Below are positions 52,504 to 64,000 of a stretch of DNA of 64,000 nucleotides, piece after piece. The stretch is from Octopus vulgaris. Its lineage: Eukaryota. The stretch is taken from positions 35,216,001 through 35,280,000 of the forward strand of contig OX597828.1 in the NCBI GenBank assembly GCA_951406725.2, given 5' to 3'. Within the stretch, counting starts at the first letter, position 1; each line of letters opens with the position of its first letter. Under the pieces are notes generated by a model. That model worked only from the letters and a program-made list of their open reading frames with translations, was not told the DNA's origin and ran no database searches. The translations under genes and the position numbers were made by a program.

Positions 52504-53779
52504 GTAAATTTAGATTAGATTCAACTGTTGATATTTTAAAGAACAAAGACGGATCGAAGCCTTTTAAGGGTAATTTTTTTTTTTATTCTAATAATCCCTT
52601 TTCTGCCCCCTCCCCTTGTCTTCCCAGCTTACCTTTAACTAGTATTTGCCAACATTCAGAACCTCTATTGATTTATTTATTTATTGATTCAGAGCATTTC
52701 ATCTCAGCAATATTGTATCATGAAAAACTCAATAAGAAGGTTTAGGAGAGAGTGTGGTTTCCTTTCTATCAGTAGAGTCATAATGTCTAAATTAAGTTAC
52801 GTTCCGTAGGCAATTTATAAAGGAAAGCCCTCCTCACCAGCATCCTTTATGTTCAAAATAGGGTTGTGTGATCAGCTGCCCGGAACTATATTCAAAATGT
52901 GATTGAATCTTATTTTACCTATCAAATAAAATAACCACAACATTAATAAAATGTGGCCCAATAAGGAACTTCTATCTTGTTACTCAGTCTATTGGAAATA
53001 GTAGCCAAATTTCCCTTAAATAACATACAAACATCTTTCAAATAAAGGATGCAGGGTAAGACACTATGGGAAGCCTAAATACACTCCACTTAGACAAAAA
53101 AATAATAAATACAAGATGATCATAAATGGAATGATTTTAGATATGAGTATGCTTTGTAGGAACTGACTGAGGGTTAAACAATAACATCAACAATATTGAC
53201 AAAACGTAGACCTCTATGTGGTTGCTTCGGCTGCCAGAAATAGCAGCACCTAAATGTTACTCTAAAACCAGACATTAGATAGTGTGGTAGACAGACTGTC
53301 TGCAAATGAGATAGCATGGTCAGCTTCTGAAATAAAGAAAACAATTAAATGAGTGGTTCTTAACCTGAGCAGTATCACCCCTTTGGAGGCACAGTGGGGA
53401 GCTCACAGTGGGGTGCTGGGTGTTTAGAAAGTTCAATGATTATTCTTAGAAATAACATACTTAGGCTTAGTTTGGTTGCGCGGTTAAGAAGCTTGCTTCC
53501 CAACCATGTAGTCTTCGGTTCAGTTCTGCTGCATGGCACCTGGAGCAAGAGTCAAGTGTATTCTCTTAGCCCCCAGGTCAAACAAAATCTTGAAAGTGGA
53601 TTTGATAGAGGGAAACTGAAAGAAGCCCATTGTATATATGTATATCACGTGATCACGTGACCGACCAGACCATCAGATGTTGTTACACATCGCTGGTCAC
53701 AATGCGTTCGCATTGTTTTAGCCTTCGAATGATGCCACCCCGCTGGCTATATGTATATAAATAGATATATATATGTATA

Positions 53780-54673
53780 TAGAGTGCAATGGGTGAATTG
53801 CCGCCATTTTATATTTTTATTTTTGCACATGCGCATTGTTTGTTTTTGATTTTATCAACTACACAGTATAGTAGGGTCAGCTGGGTACCGTCTGTGAGAA
53901 AATCAGCACCATGATGTAATTCACTCTGTCAGAAATCTGGAAGCAACATGCTGTGTTGCTTGGTATTCACACAGGAAGTGCCAATACTAACATTTCAGAG
54001 TGTTTGGGTGTCAATCTGAGGACAGTGCAATCTGAGAATATGTACCGAGAGTGATAAAAGTCAAACATCCAGTCAACATCATGGTGTTTGGAGTGATCAC
54101 TAGTGATGGCGATGTTATGCCTCCATTCATCTTCTCACATGGCCCCAGACTCAACATGGAGGCCTACATCAAGTACGTGGAGGAGATTGTGCTGCTCTGG
54201 GTCAAGAGGGTGGCTGCTGGAAGACCTAATGTCTGGCAACAGGACTCTGCACCATGCCACACAAGCAAGAGAACCCAGTCATGGCTGTCAGACAATTTTT
54301 GAGACCACGTAACCCCTAACATCTGGCCACCTAACTTCCCACACTGCAACCCCCTTGATTATTATATGTGGGGCGCAGTTGAGCAAGAGAGCAACAAAAT
54401 TCCGTATAACACCAAAAATGTACTGAAGGCAAGGATTATAGCATGGCAGCATTCATCAACTTAAACAAGGAGACCATCCAGAAGAGTTGCAGGAGATTCC
54501 AAAGTCATCTGGAGGTCATGGTTGAAGCCAATGGCGATTTTATTGAATAAAGTTACTCTTTAGTATTTCAAGATAGTTTTATGTAATTTTGGTAAATATG
54601 TCTGTTAGAATAAGATGTCAGTGTTATTTTCATTTTTGTGTAATTTAGATGACAGTTTATTCACCGCACCGTG
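53780..54673 (+). mobile_element. Internally deleted DD37D (maT) transposon, copy 2
   Basis: Same TIRs. WQQDSAPCH...WPPNFPHCNPLDY with 37 residues between the last two catalytic Asp; in-frame stop. Confidence 0.9.
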
Positions 54674-55286
54674 TATATATTTATGTCTGTGTATTTGTTT
54701 GCCCCCCCCCCCTACTACTGCTTGACATCTAGTGTTGGTTAGTTTACAGCCCCAACACTTTGTGGTTCAGCCGACAAAGTAAGTACAAGGTTTAAAAAAA
54801 AATAGAACTTGGGGTAATTTTTTTTTCAACTAAACTTTTCAAGGCAGTACCCCAGCATGGTCGCAAATCCAGAGAGTAGAAGAAGTAAAAGATAAAAAAA
54901 TAGGTATAGGAAAGATAACCCTTTTGATATCAATCTGCCCAAGATCACCCCTATTTCTATGACACAAATTCCCTATTTTAAAACAATACCTAAATTAAAA
55001 TCTTCTGTTGAAATCCTATGTTAATTTGCTGCCAACATCAGTTTAACAACCACATAGTTATTGGAATAAATTATTCAGTATTTCAAAATTAATTAAACCA
55101 AAACCAGAGTATTTCAATAGAATTATGATTAATAAACGGGTTAAACGAAGAACAATGCATAGAATTTAAATACATTTTCATAAAAATTATTTCTTGCGAT
55201 AAAATTGCATCATCAGTGAGCAGAAACATGACTGAAGATGTATGAAATGTCCAAAATAATTCCATTATTATAATTTTTTGCTTTCT

Positions 55287-55327
55287 TTAGTAATTCAGAG
55301 AGGGGGAATCATGGTCTGTAGAAATAT
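55287..55327 (-). CDS. Candidate short terminal exon (phase 1), (D)ISTDHDSPSLNY*
   Basis: CTAAC branch point (55348-55344) and GCTTCTTTTTAG| acceptor. A second acceptor, TTTCTACAG|, lies 12 nt downstream in the same frame. Confidence 0.3.
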
Positions 55328-55949
55328 CTAAAAAGAAGCACATGTTAGATGAAAAAATATATAATCAAATGCAGATAATAAACCAGTACATAATTAACCA
55401 CTGTTTAATTAAATTAATCAGCTGGTGGGGTTTTCTGGTTTATTTTTTTGTTTTTATTTTTGCATTTTTTTTTTACTGCAAATTTAAAGCATGTGAAGGG
55501 GTTAATTTGTGAAGAAGAGTACCGGGTAAATTACGAAAAGGGGAAGACTACTGCATTAAATAATGTTACAGTTGAAACCACAATCTTATGATGACAAGTG
55601 CAACACCCTAACCACTGAGCCATGTTCCCCTCCACATCATTACACATATCAATACCCATACCTGATGATGTGATATTCCATAAGGATGATGATGATGTGT
55701 AGACTTTAGCACAAGAGAACCAGATGTAACAGTCTATGTTGATTTCTAGGTAGACTTAAGCTGCATGGAAACTACATTTTCGATACAGGCTCAGGCATGG
55801 CTGTGTGGTAAGAAGCTTGCTTCCCAACCACATGGTTCCAGGTTCAGTCCCACAGCATGGCACCTTGGGCAAATGTCTTCTACTATAGCCTCAGGCTGAC
55901 CAAAGCCTTGTGAGTGGATTTGGTAGGTAGAAACTGAAAGAATCCCATC

Positions 55950-56007
<58 letters not shown>

Positions 56008-56781
56008 GTATATATGTATATATATATATATACATACACACACACACATGCATACATTTATACGTACAGTGTGCTTCTTGCAATTCCTGTCAACCAAATG
56101 CACTCAAAAGATTTTGGTCAGCCCAGAGCTATAATGGAAGATAGTTGCTCAAGGTGTCTGCAATGCAGTGGGATTGAAACCGATGCCACATAGCTGGGAA
56201 GCTAATTTCTTAACTACCACAACCATGTTTAACATTATATCATTATAAAAGATAACCAGGAAAAATAAAGCCGAAAACTAAAGCAGATACCCTATTCACC
56301 ATTTCCGATTGCTAAAACATTTCGGTCATTTTGACATCTGGTAATAATTCAAGATATTTCTTTAACACTGAAGTCTTTATGCTAATGATTCATTTCGTAA
56401 AGAATGGGATTTTTAAACCTGTCAAAAATACCATTTTTGAAAAGTAAATTTACATTATTTTTTTTTATTCATCTTTTGGTCGTAAAGTTTTGCATCATCA
56501 TCATTAATATTAAAAAGAAATATCTTTTTATTATAATTATTTATTTATTGAGGAATTTATCTCAGATTGTCAAATTGACGACATAACTTTTATAATAATG
56601 AGTTTGCAACCATCCGACAACCATCGTTCTTTTTTTTGTCCGTGTGTGTTTTTTTGGGGGTTTTTTTTTTCATGTATTAATTTTATGTTTGGTTATATTT
56701 TATTTTTGTTGTTGTCTTGTATCTATCAATGATATAAATAGGTTGAGATTAAGAATGGCAAAAATATTCTTTGTCACTCAC

Positions 56782-56796
56782 AAACAGCACAGAATT
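56782..56796 (-). CDS. Candidate 15-nt symmetric microexon (AATTCTGTGCTGTTT)
   Basis: CCTTGACGTCTTAG| acceptor and |GTGAGT donor, with an upstream U-rich tract containing TGC. Confidence 0.25.
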
Positions 56797-57002
56797 CTAA
56801 GACGTCAAGGACTTCTCAGAAATAATGCATACAAAAGAAATATTTCGTAGATTCCACAAGGTTTCTTTGTCTCTTTATTATAGAGATCTTGTGGGACCAA
56901 AAAAAAGAAAAAGAAAAACGAATAAAAATGTTTCACAACTTGTAATGCTAAGTTAGCATTCTGGTATCAAATTTTTTATTTAATATTACCACCTACTTTC
57001 TC

Positions 57003-57043
<41 letters not shown>

Positions 57044-57550
57044 TACACACACACACACACACATAAATGCGTGGCTCTATGGTAAAAAGCTTGCTTCCTA
57101 ACCACATAGTTCTGGGTTCAGTTCCACTACATGACACTTTGGGTGAGTCTCTTTTACTATAAGCTTGGGCCGACCAAAGACTTGTGAGTGGATTTGGTTG
57201 ACGGAAACTGAAAGAAGCCTGTTGTATGTATGTATGTGTATGTGTGTGTGCATTTATGTATGTGCATCTGTTTGTCCAATTCCATCACTTGACAACCGAT
57301 GTGGGTGTGTTTACATCCCTGTAACTTAGCAGCACAGCAAAAGAGATAATAGATTAAGTAATAGGCTTACAAAGAATAAGTCCTGGGGTTGATTTCTTCA
57401 ACTAAAAATCCTTTACAGTGGTGCTCCATCATGGCCACAATCAAATGTTTGATACAAATAAGAGAGAAAAACAATATATATATATATATAGGTAAATGTC
57501 GATGATGAGATATATATACACACATCCACGAACACACACGCAAATACATA

Positions 57551-57664
<114 letters not shown>

Positions 57665-57686
57665 GAAGTCCCATACTTCCATAGGA

Positions 57687-58364
57687 CTAGAGACCGAGAC
57701 CTATGGAAGTATGCTGTGCGTGAGAAGACCCGGCAAGACTAGTGAAGCCATAATCCGTGGCCCCTACCTGGGACGTAGTCAGTCCACCTGTGCATACCTT
57801 CCTTCTTGTGACACTTGTGAAGACCTGTTGAGGCAAGTGAGAATCGAATCGTATCGAATCAAATCGAACCAAATCAAAATAGATGAACATCAATGGAATT
57901 TGTATCCTTGTGGTACCAGTGCCGGTGGCACATAAGAAAACCATCCGAACGTGACCGTAGCCAGTACCGCAATGACTGGCCTCCGTGCTGAGGGCACGTA
58001 ACAAACACCATCCGAGCGTGGCCGTCCGCCAGCCTCGTCTGGCACCTGTGTCGGTGACACATAAGAAAACACCATCCGAGCGTGGCCGTCTGCCAGCCTC
58101 GTCTGGCACCTGTGTCGGTGGCACATAAAAAACACCATCCAAGCGTGGCCGTCTGCCAGCCTCGTCTGGCACCTGTGTCGGTGGCACATAAAATCACCCA
58201 CTACACTCTCGGAGTGGTTGGCATTAGGAAGGGCATCCAGCTGTAGAAACACTGCCACATCTGACTGGCCTGGTGCAGCCTTCGGGCTTCCCAGACCCCA
58301 GTTGAACCGTCCAACCCATGCTAGCATGGAAAGCGGACGTTAAACGATGATGATGATGATGATG
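57687..58364 (+). mobile_element. Young RTE LINE 3' end with ~63-bp tandem repeats in the UTR
   Basis: [16 protein letters not shown], then ~4.5 tandem units (57915-58195), the shared tail and (GAT)n. CpGs are intact. Confidence 0.8.
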
Positions 58365-59176
58365 ATATATACATATATTATATATATGCATATATACATA
58401 CATATATATATATATATATCCATACACATATGAGTACATATAATATATAAATATGTATGTAGGCAAAGGTGTGGCTCTGTGGTAAGAAGTCTTCTTCCCA
58501 ACCACTTGGTTCCAGGTTCAGTCTCAATGCATGGCACTTTGAATAAATGTCTTCCTCAATAACCTCAGGCTGACCAAACTCTTGAGAGTGGATTTGGTAG
58601 ACGGAAACTGAAAGAAGCCAATTTTATATCTGTTATCTTTTCCTTGTTTTAGTCGTTGGACTGTGACGATGCTGGGGCATTGCCCCAAAACTTATAATTT
58701 TTTAAGCCTGGTATTTATTCTGTCAGTTGCTTTTGCCGAACTGCTAAGTTATAAGGATGTAAGTACACCAACACCAGTTATCAAGCAATGGTGGGGGAAC
58801 ATACACAGACATACATACATATATGCAATGAGCTTCTTACAGTTTCCATCTACTAAATCCACTCATGAGACTTTGGTTGACCCAATGCTATGATAGAAGA
58901 CACTTGCCCAAGGTGCCACACAGTGGAACTGAACCTGGGGCCATGTATTTTGGAAGCAAACTTCTTACCATACAGCCATGCATGTAGGTGTTTTTGTTTC
59001 TGTCCCCCACCTGCCACACTTGACAACAGGTGCTGGTGCATTCTTTATGTCCCAGTAACTTAGCAGTTCGACCCAAGAGACCGATAGAATAAGTAGCAGG
59101 TTTAATAATTAAGCAGTGGGGGCAATTTGTTCAACTAAAATTCTTGAAGGTCGTGCTCCAGCAAGGCCTCAGTCTA

Positions 59177-59600
59177 ATGACAGAATCATCATCATAGGCG
59201 CAGGAGTGGCTGTGTGGTAAGTTGCTTGCTTACCAACCACATGGTTCTAGGTACAGTACCACAGCATGGCACATTGGGCAAGTGTCTTCTACTATAGCCT
59301 TGGGCCCACCAAAGCCTTGTGAGTGGATTTGGTAGATGGAAACTGAAAGAAACCTGTCGTATATATGTATATGTATATGTGTGTGTACGTGTATGTTTGT
59401 CTGCCTGTGTTTGTCTCCCCAACATCGCTTGACAAATTATGGTGGTGTGTTTACGTCCCCATCACTTAGCGGTTCGGCAAAATCAACCGATAGAATATGT
59501 ACTAGGCTTAGAAAGAATAAGTCCTAGGGTCGATTTGCTCGACTAAAGACAGTGCTCCAGTATGGTCGCAGTCAGATGACTGAAACAAATAAAAGAATAC
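59177..59600 (+). mobile_element. SINE family A, full-length
   Basis: Same architecture; an inverted partial copy follows at ~59655-59790. Confidence 0.9.
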
Positions 59601-59617
59601 ATATACATATGTGTATA

Positions 59618-59653
<36 letters not shown>

Positions 59654-59858
59654 CACGTCTACTAAATCTGCTTTGGTCAGCCCAAGGCTATAATAGAAGA
59701 CACTTGCCCAAGGTGCCACGCAGTAGGACTGAACTCGGAACCATGTGGTTGGGAAGCAAGCTTCTTACCACACAGTCACTCCTGTGCCTACTACATCACT
59801 TTGTGATGGCCCCAGAAATTTTGTTAAATACCTGATACACTTTGTATATAAGTGTATA

Positions 59859-60528
59859 CAGTAATCCCTCGACTATCACGGGTGTTACGTTCCACCCCAC
59901 CGCCTTCACTGCGACGGGTGAAAATCAACGAAGTAGAAACAGTGCTGAACTGTATATTTTTTTTAATATTATTTTTATAATTTCTATATATTTATTTTGG
60001 CAATCTTTCGTCTCTAGTAGACCTTTCCGTCGATTTCCGTAAAAAAATTTTTTTTTTTTACATATGGGCTTGCGGGAACTTTTGAAGTAATGAGAGCGAA
60101 AGAGACTAAGAGAAAGTGATTGTATGACGAGGGAAGTTCTTTTGAAGTTACCGTGCATGAGAAGCATTGATGTACATGTGTGTGTGTGTGTGTGTTTGAT
60201 GGGGTGTGGGAGACAGACAGTATGTTGTGTAAGTGAAGTGCTTCTGTTAGTGTGTGTGAAGAGACAGAGAGTAATGTGTGAAAGAGAGATAACTGAAATT
60301 TTTTACTCGGTGTATGTGTATATGTATGTATGTGTGTGTGTGTATGTATCTATGTATGTTTATTCTTCAAAAGTTCCCGCAAGCCCATATGTAAAAAAAA
60401 AAAATTTTTTACGGAAATGTCTACTAGAGACGAAAGATCGCCTTTATTTTATTATAAATGCAAAACAACACCACGGAAGAATCGACGTAAGCTTAAATAA
60501 TAAACCGCGATATGGCGAGGGATTACTG
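59859..60528. mobile_element. pogo/Tigger-like MITE
   Basis: TA-CAGTAATCCCTCG...CGAGGGATTACTG-TA; internal inverted repeat ~60003-60090 / ~60360-60438. Confidence 0.85.
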
Positions 60529-61042
60529 TACACACACACGTAATGTTTTGAGTGTATGCATATAAACATATGTTAATTGTTGACCGTCCTTCTGAAGATC
60601 AATAACATGACTACCAGTCAAATACAGGGTTCGATTTAATCGCTTATACCATTTTCCTTGAGTTTGAGGCCTTGTGCACGTTGAGTTTAGAAATCAATAT
60701 GACATAAATTTTGAAATAATTTAGGGTAATAAATGATCTTTAACTAAATCAATTTCTTAAATATTTAACCATAAAATTACGATGCAATTCGATTTTATTA
60801 AATATTTATAATAGAATTAAATATATCGAATGAAATCATTTCAAATACATTTCTAATATATTTTCGACTGTTCCTCCTAAATCTTTTCAGATATTACCGT
60901 TAAAATAATTTTAGAAGAATCATAACTTCAGATATGTAAAAAAAACATTCGAATGGAAAAACATTGTAAAAAAAAGAAAGTCAAGACTGTAAAATTACAG
61001 AAGAGGGGTTGCAAAAATCAATATATTTGTGTGTCCATATGT

Positions 61043-61079
<37 letters not shown>

Positions 61080-61286
61080 CACGCACGTACGTATGTACAC
61101 ATACACACACAAACATATGTAGAATTGCAATTTACAATGCTTAAAATATATACACCCGAAGGAATTCCGACGCTACTCTACAGGAACGCCTATACATGCC
61201 TGTACTCACGCACGTGACCTTAAGTGCGAACACTGACAGACGAATGCACGTGCACTCGCGCGCACAATCACACGCACACGCATATG

Positions 61287-61444
61287 CAGGACCGTCTTAA
61301 CAGCTTTATAAGCAACCGTACAAAAACGCCTTTGGCCGCATAAGTGTTTATTGACAGTAAGTCACAATATGCAAGATCCGAACTGGCCCCTTAAACACGT
61401 GATAATCCAGGTCAACATTGTGCCAATGCATTAAGACGGCACTG
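61287..61444. mobile_element. hAT-like MITE
   Basis: TIRs CAGGACCGTCTTAA / TTAAGACGGCACTG; imperfect 8-bp TSD CGCATATG / CGAATATA. Confidence 0.65.
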
Positions 61445-62069
61445 CGAATATACATCTTCCACCAACCCATCAGTACATCTATACGTGTAAAGAATACGTA
61501 CACCCGGTGTTTAAGGGTTAGGGTTTAGGCTTAGGGTTTTTGTTACGCCGAAAACCGGTGGTGTACATTTTCTTTACCTTCGCCTATATACGTATACACA
61601 TTCACACATATGCACAAGTCTGGCAGTCTCCCATTGTCATTTTATTTCATTGCTTATTTTTGAGCCTTTCGTCTTCCATATACCTCTCTATATATTGCAT
61701 ACACCTATATATATTTCCTCTATATATTTCGTCTTCCATACACCTCTATATATTTCTATATATACGTAACACATCTACCTGCACACCGAACTGTAAACCT
61801 AATTGTAAACCTAATGTTGTTCTCGTGGAGGTGATTTGGCAGAAATTGTTGGGACATCAAATAAAATAATTGTACAGCATTCGTTCCGGTTCTTTTCGTC
61901 CTGGGTTCAAATCTCACCGACGTCGACCTTGCCTTTCATATATCTCCGGAGTCCATGAAATAAAATACCAGATAAATATTGTGATCGATGTCATTGATTA
62001 AAACGTTTCCAGCTGAAATTCCTGGCTTTGTGCCTAAGTGTGAAACACTATCGTATCGCAAACCAAATT

Positions 62070-62106
<37 letters not shown>

Positions 62107-62854
62107 TCCCTATCACACCCTCTCTTATTCATCCAGTCTCTCTTTCTCACTATATTTTCTTTCTTCAAGATTTTCTTGGGAATGTTCTCAGACACACACA
62201 CACACACACACACATAACAAAACAGGATGCTGAAAATTTCGTATTATTTATTCAGCATTACAGATGTTTCGTTAGCTAATAGGAATCATAAAGTTGTACA
62301 TGCTGGAAAAAACATGTAAGACATTTCCTATCAGAAGTTTTTCAGACAGAGAAACAAATAATAAAATTTTCCCACTTCCTGCTTCGTTATATAAGAATTC
62401 TGCAAACGATATTTCTAAAATTCCAACTCTAATATGTACCTCATGTCAATACAACTACATACTGGATTACAAGACTAGAATAAGCGGACATACCTCAAGA
62501 GGACACAGCTGGGATATTACCCTAGCTACATAAGGTGTGTGTGTGTGTGTGTGTGTGTTTGTTTGTTCCCCAACAACGCTTGACAACCAGTGTTGATGTG
62601 TTAATGTCCCCGTGACATAGCTGTTCGGTAAAAAAAAAACACCAATAGAATAAGAGGCAGGCTCAAACAAATAACTTCTGGAGTCGATTCGTTCGACTAT
62701 AATTATTCAAAGTGGTGTTCCAGCATGGCCGCAGTCCTGTGACTGAAACAATTAAAAGATAAAAGACCTAAGATATAATTATATCCACTGTTTTCTCACT
62801 TCCATTTCAATTATTTCCATTCAAGTTGTCACAAAACATTCTATTTCATATCGC

Positions 62855-62957
<103 letters not shown>

Positions 62958-64000
62958 CTATCTATCTATCTGTCTCGCATTTTCACTCTGAGAAGAACAA
63001 CATTGAATGATTTCAGATAAGATCTAATTAAAATTACCGTATTCAATGGCAGATATTTAAACAAAAATTAATTAAAACTTTAAACATTATGTACGTATGT
63101 ATGCGTGTGAATAAATACGAAAATTATATACGTGAGTAAATACGTGTGTGTGTGTGTGTGTGTATATTCCTACTCAAACGTCAAAATAACTTTAATACAA
63201 GACTTCTTGTCTTGTATAAAAGTTTGATCAATAAAGAATTGAAACGTTGAATAGACTTAAACTGTTTTCAACAGGATTTCAATGAGCAAAAGCTATCTCC
63301 ATTATAACAACCGATAATAAATTACGCGCGTTTTATCATTGTCTTATTTCTTACGGAACTAGTTTTATTTACGATAGAAGTACATCCAATATAAAACATA
63401 CACCACCGAGGTCGACTTTGCTTTTCATCCTTTCGGGGTCGATAAATTAAGTACCAGTTGTGTACTGAGGTCGTCTAAAATTTCGGGTCTTGTGGTTAGA
63501 GTAGAAAAGATTATATTTAGGAATAAAAATGGGTCAGCATAGTTGTTGTTGAGATAATCTGAAACATACTCAGGGGGCAGGTCCCTCTTTTTTTCTCAAC
63601 TTTGACCCAATTTATGTTGCTAATAAAATATCTGGATAATTTTTGGTGTTTAACAATCAATATTCTTTTCTTTCGTCTGTCTTTACGTTCTGAGTTCAAA
63701 TTCCGCCGAGGTCGACTTTGCCTTTCATCCTTTCGAGGTCGATAAATTAAGAACCAGTTGTGTGCTGGGTTCGATCTAATCGACTGGCCTCCTCCCCAAA
63801 AATTTCGGGCCTTGTGCCTAGACTAGAAAAGAATATTCTTTTCTTTGTTGGATTCCAAAACAATTTTCTCCCAATGCTGTTTAAAATGGGGTATAATGAG
63901 TAATGCCTAATTTCAATAATTTCTTCTCTTTAACTGCACAGTGAGTAAATATTTCATAAAGAGGATACTCCAACAGATCGTGAAGAAGATACAGAGAATA

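Noticed and set aside
55662-55790. CTGATGA...GAAAC as another hammerhead
   Set aside because: No convincing stem I or stem III pairing could be formed.
57915-58195. Regularly spaced repeats resembling a CRISPR array
   Set aside because: Whole units repeat with no unique spacers, inside a LINE 3' UTR in eukaryotic DNA; no cas genes.
61512-61537. True telomere or chromosome-fusion scar
   Set aside because: Only four degenerate hexamers inside a small inverted repeat.

Overview
AT-rich, microsatellite-saturated animal genomic DNA with no prokaryotic features. The SINE, LINE and MITE repertoire strongly resembles an octopus genome (inference from recognised repeat families; no search was run). 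Nearly all ORFs in the supplied track are microsatellite or SINE artefacts. Recognisable content: at least four tRNA-derived SINE families; fragments of RTE, CR1 and R4/Dong (RLE) LINEs; Penelope-like fragments carrying hammerhead-ribozyme motifs (two with intact cores, at 40337-40411 and 42717-42766, both minus strand); two internally deleted DD37D (maT) transposons; and pogo-, hAT-, piggyBac- and Helentron-type non-autonomous elements. The unique sequence between repeats holds a series of minus-strand splice acceptors. These define four short cassette exons that are all 3n+2 long (phase 1 to 0) and several short stop-containing exons, which suggests the 3' part of a large-intron gene with many alternative C-termini (gene not identified, unverified). 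Other notable structures are a near-perfect 248-bp inverted duplication, a 74-bp hairpin and a plus-strand AG|GTAAGT recursive-splice-like site.
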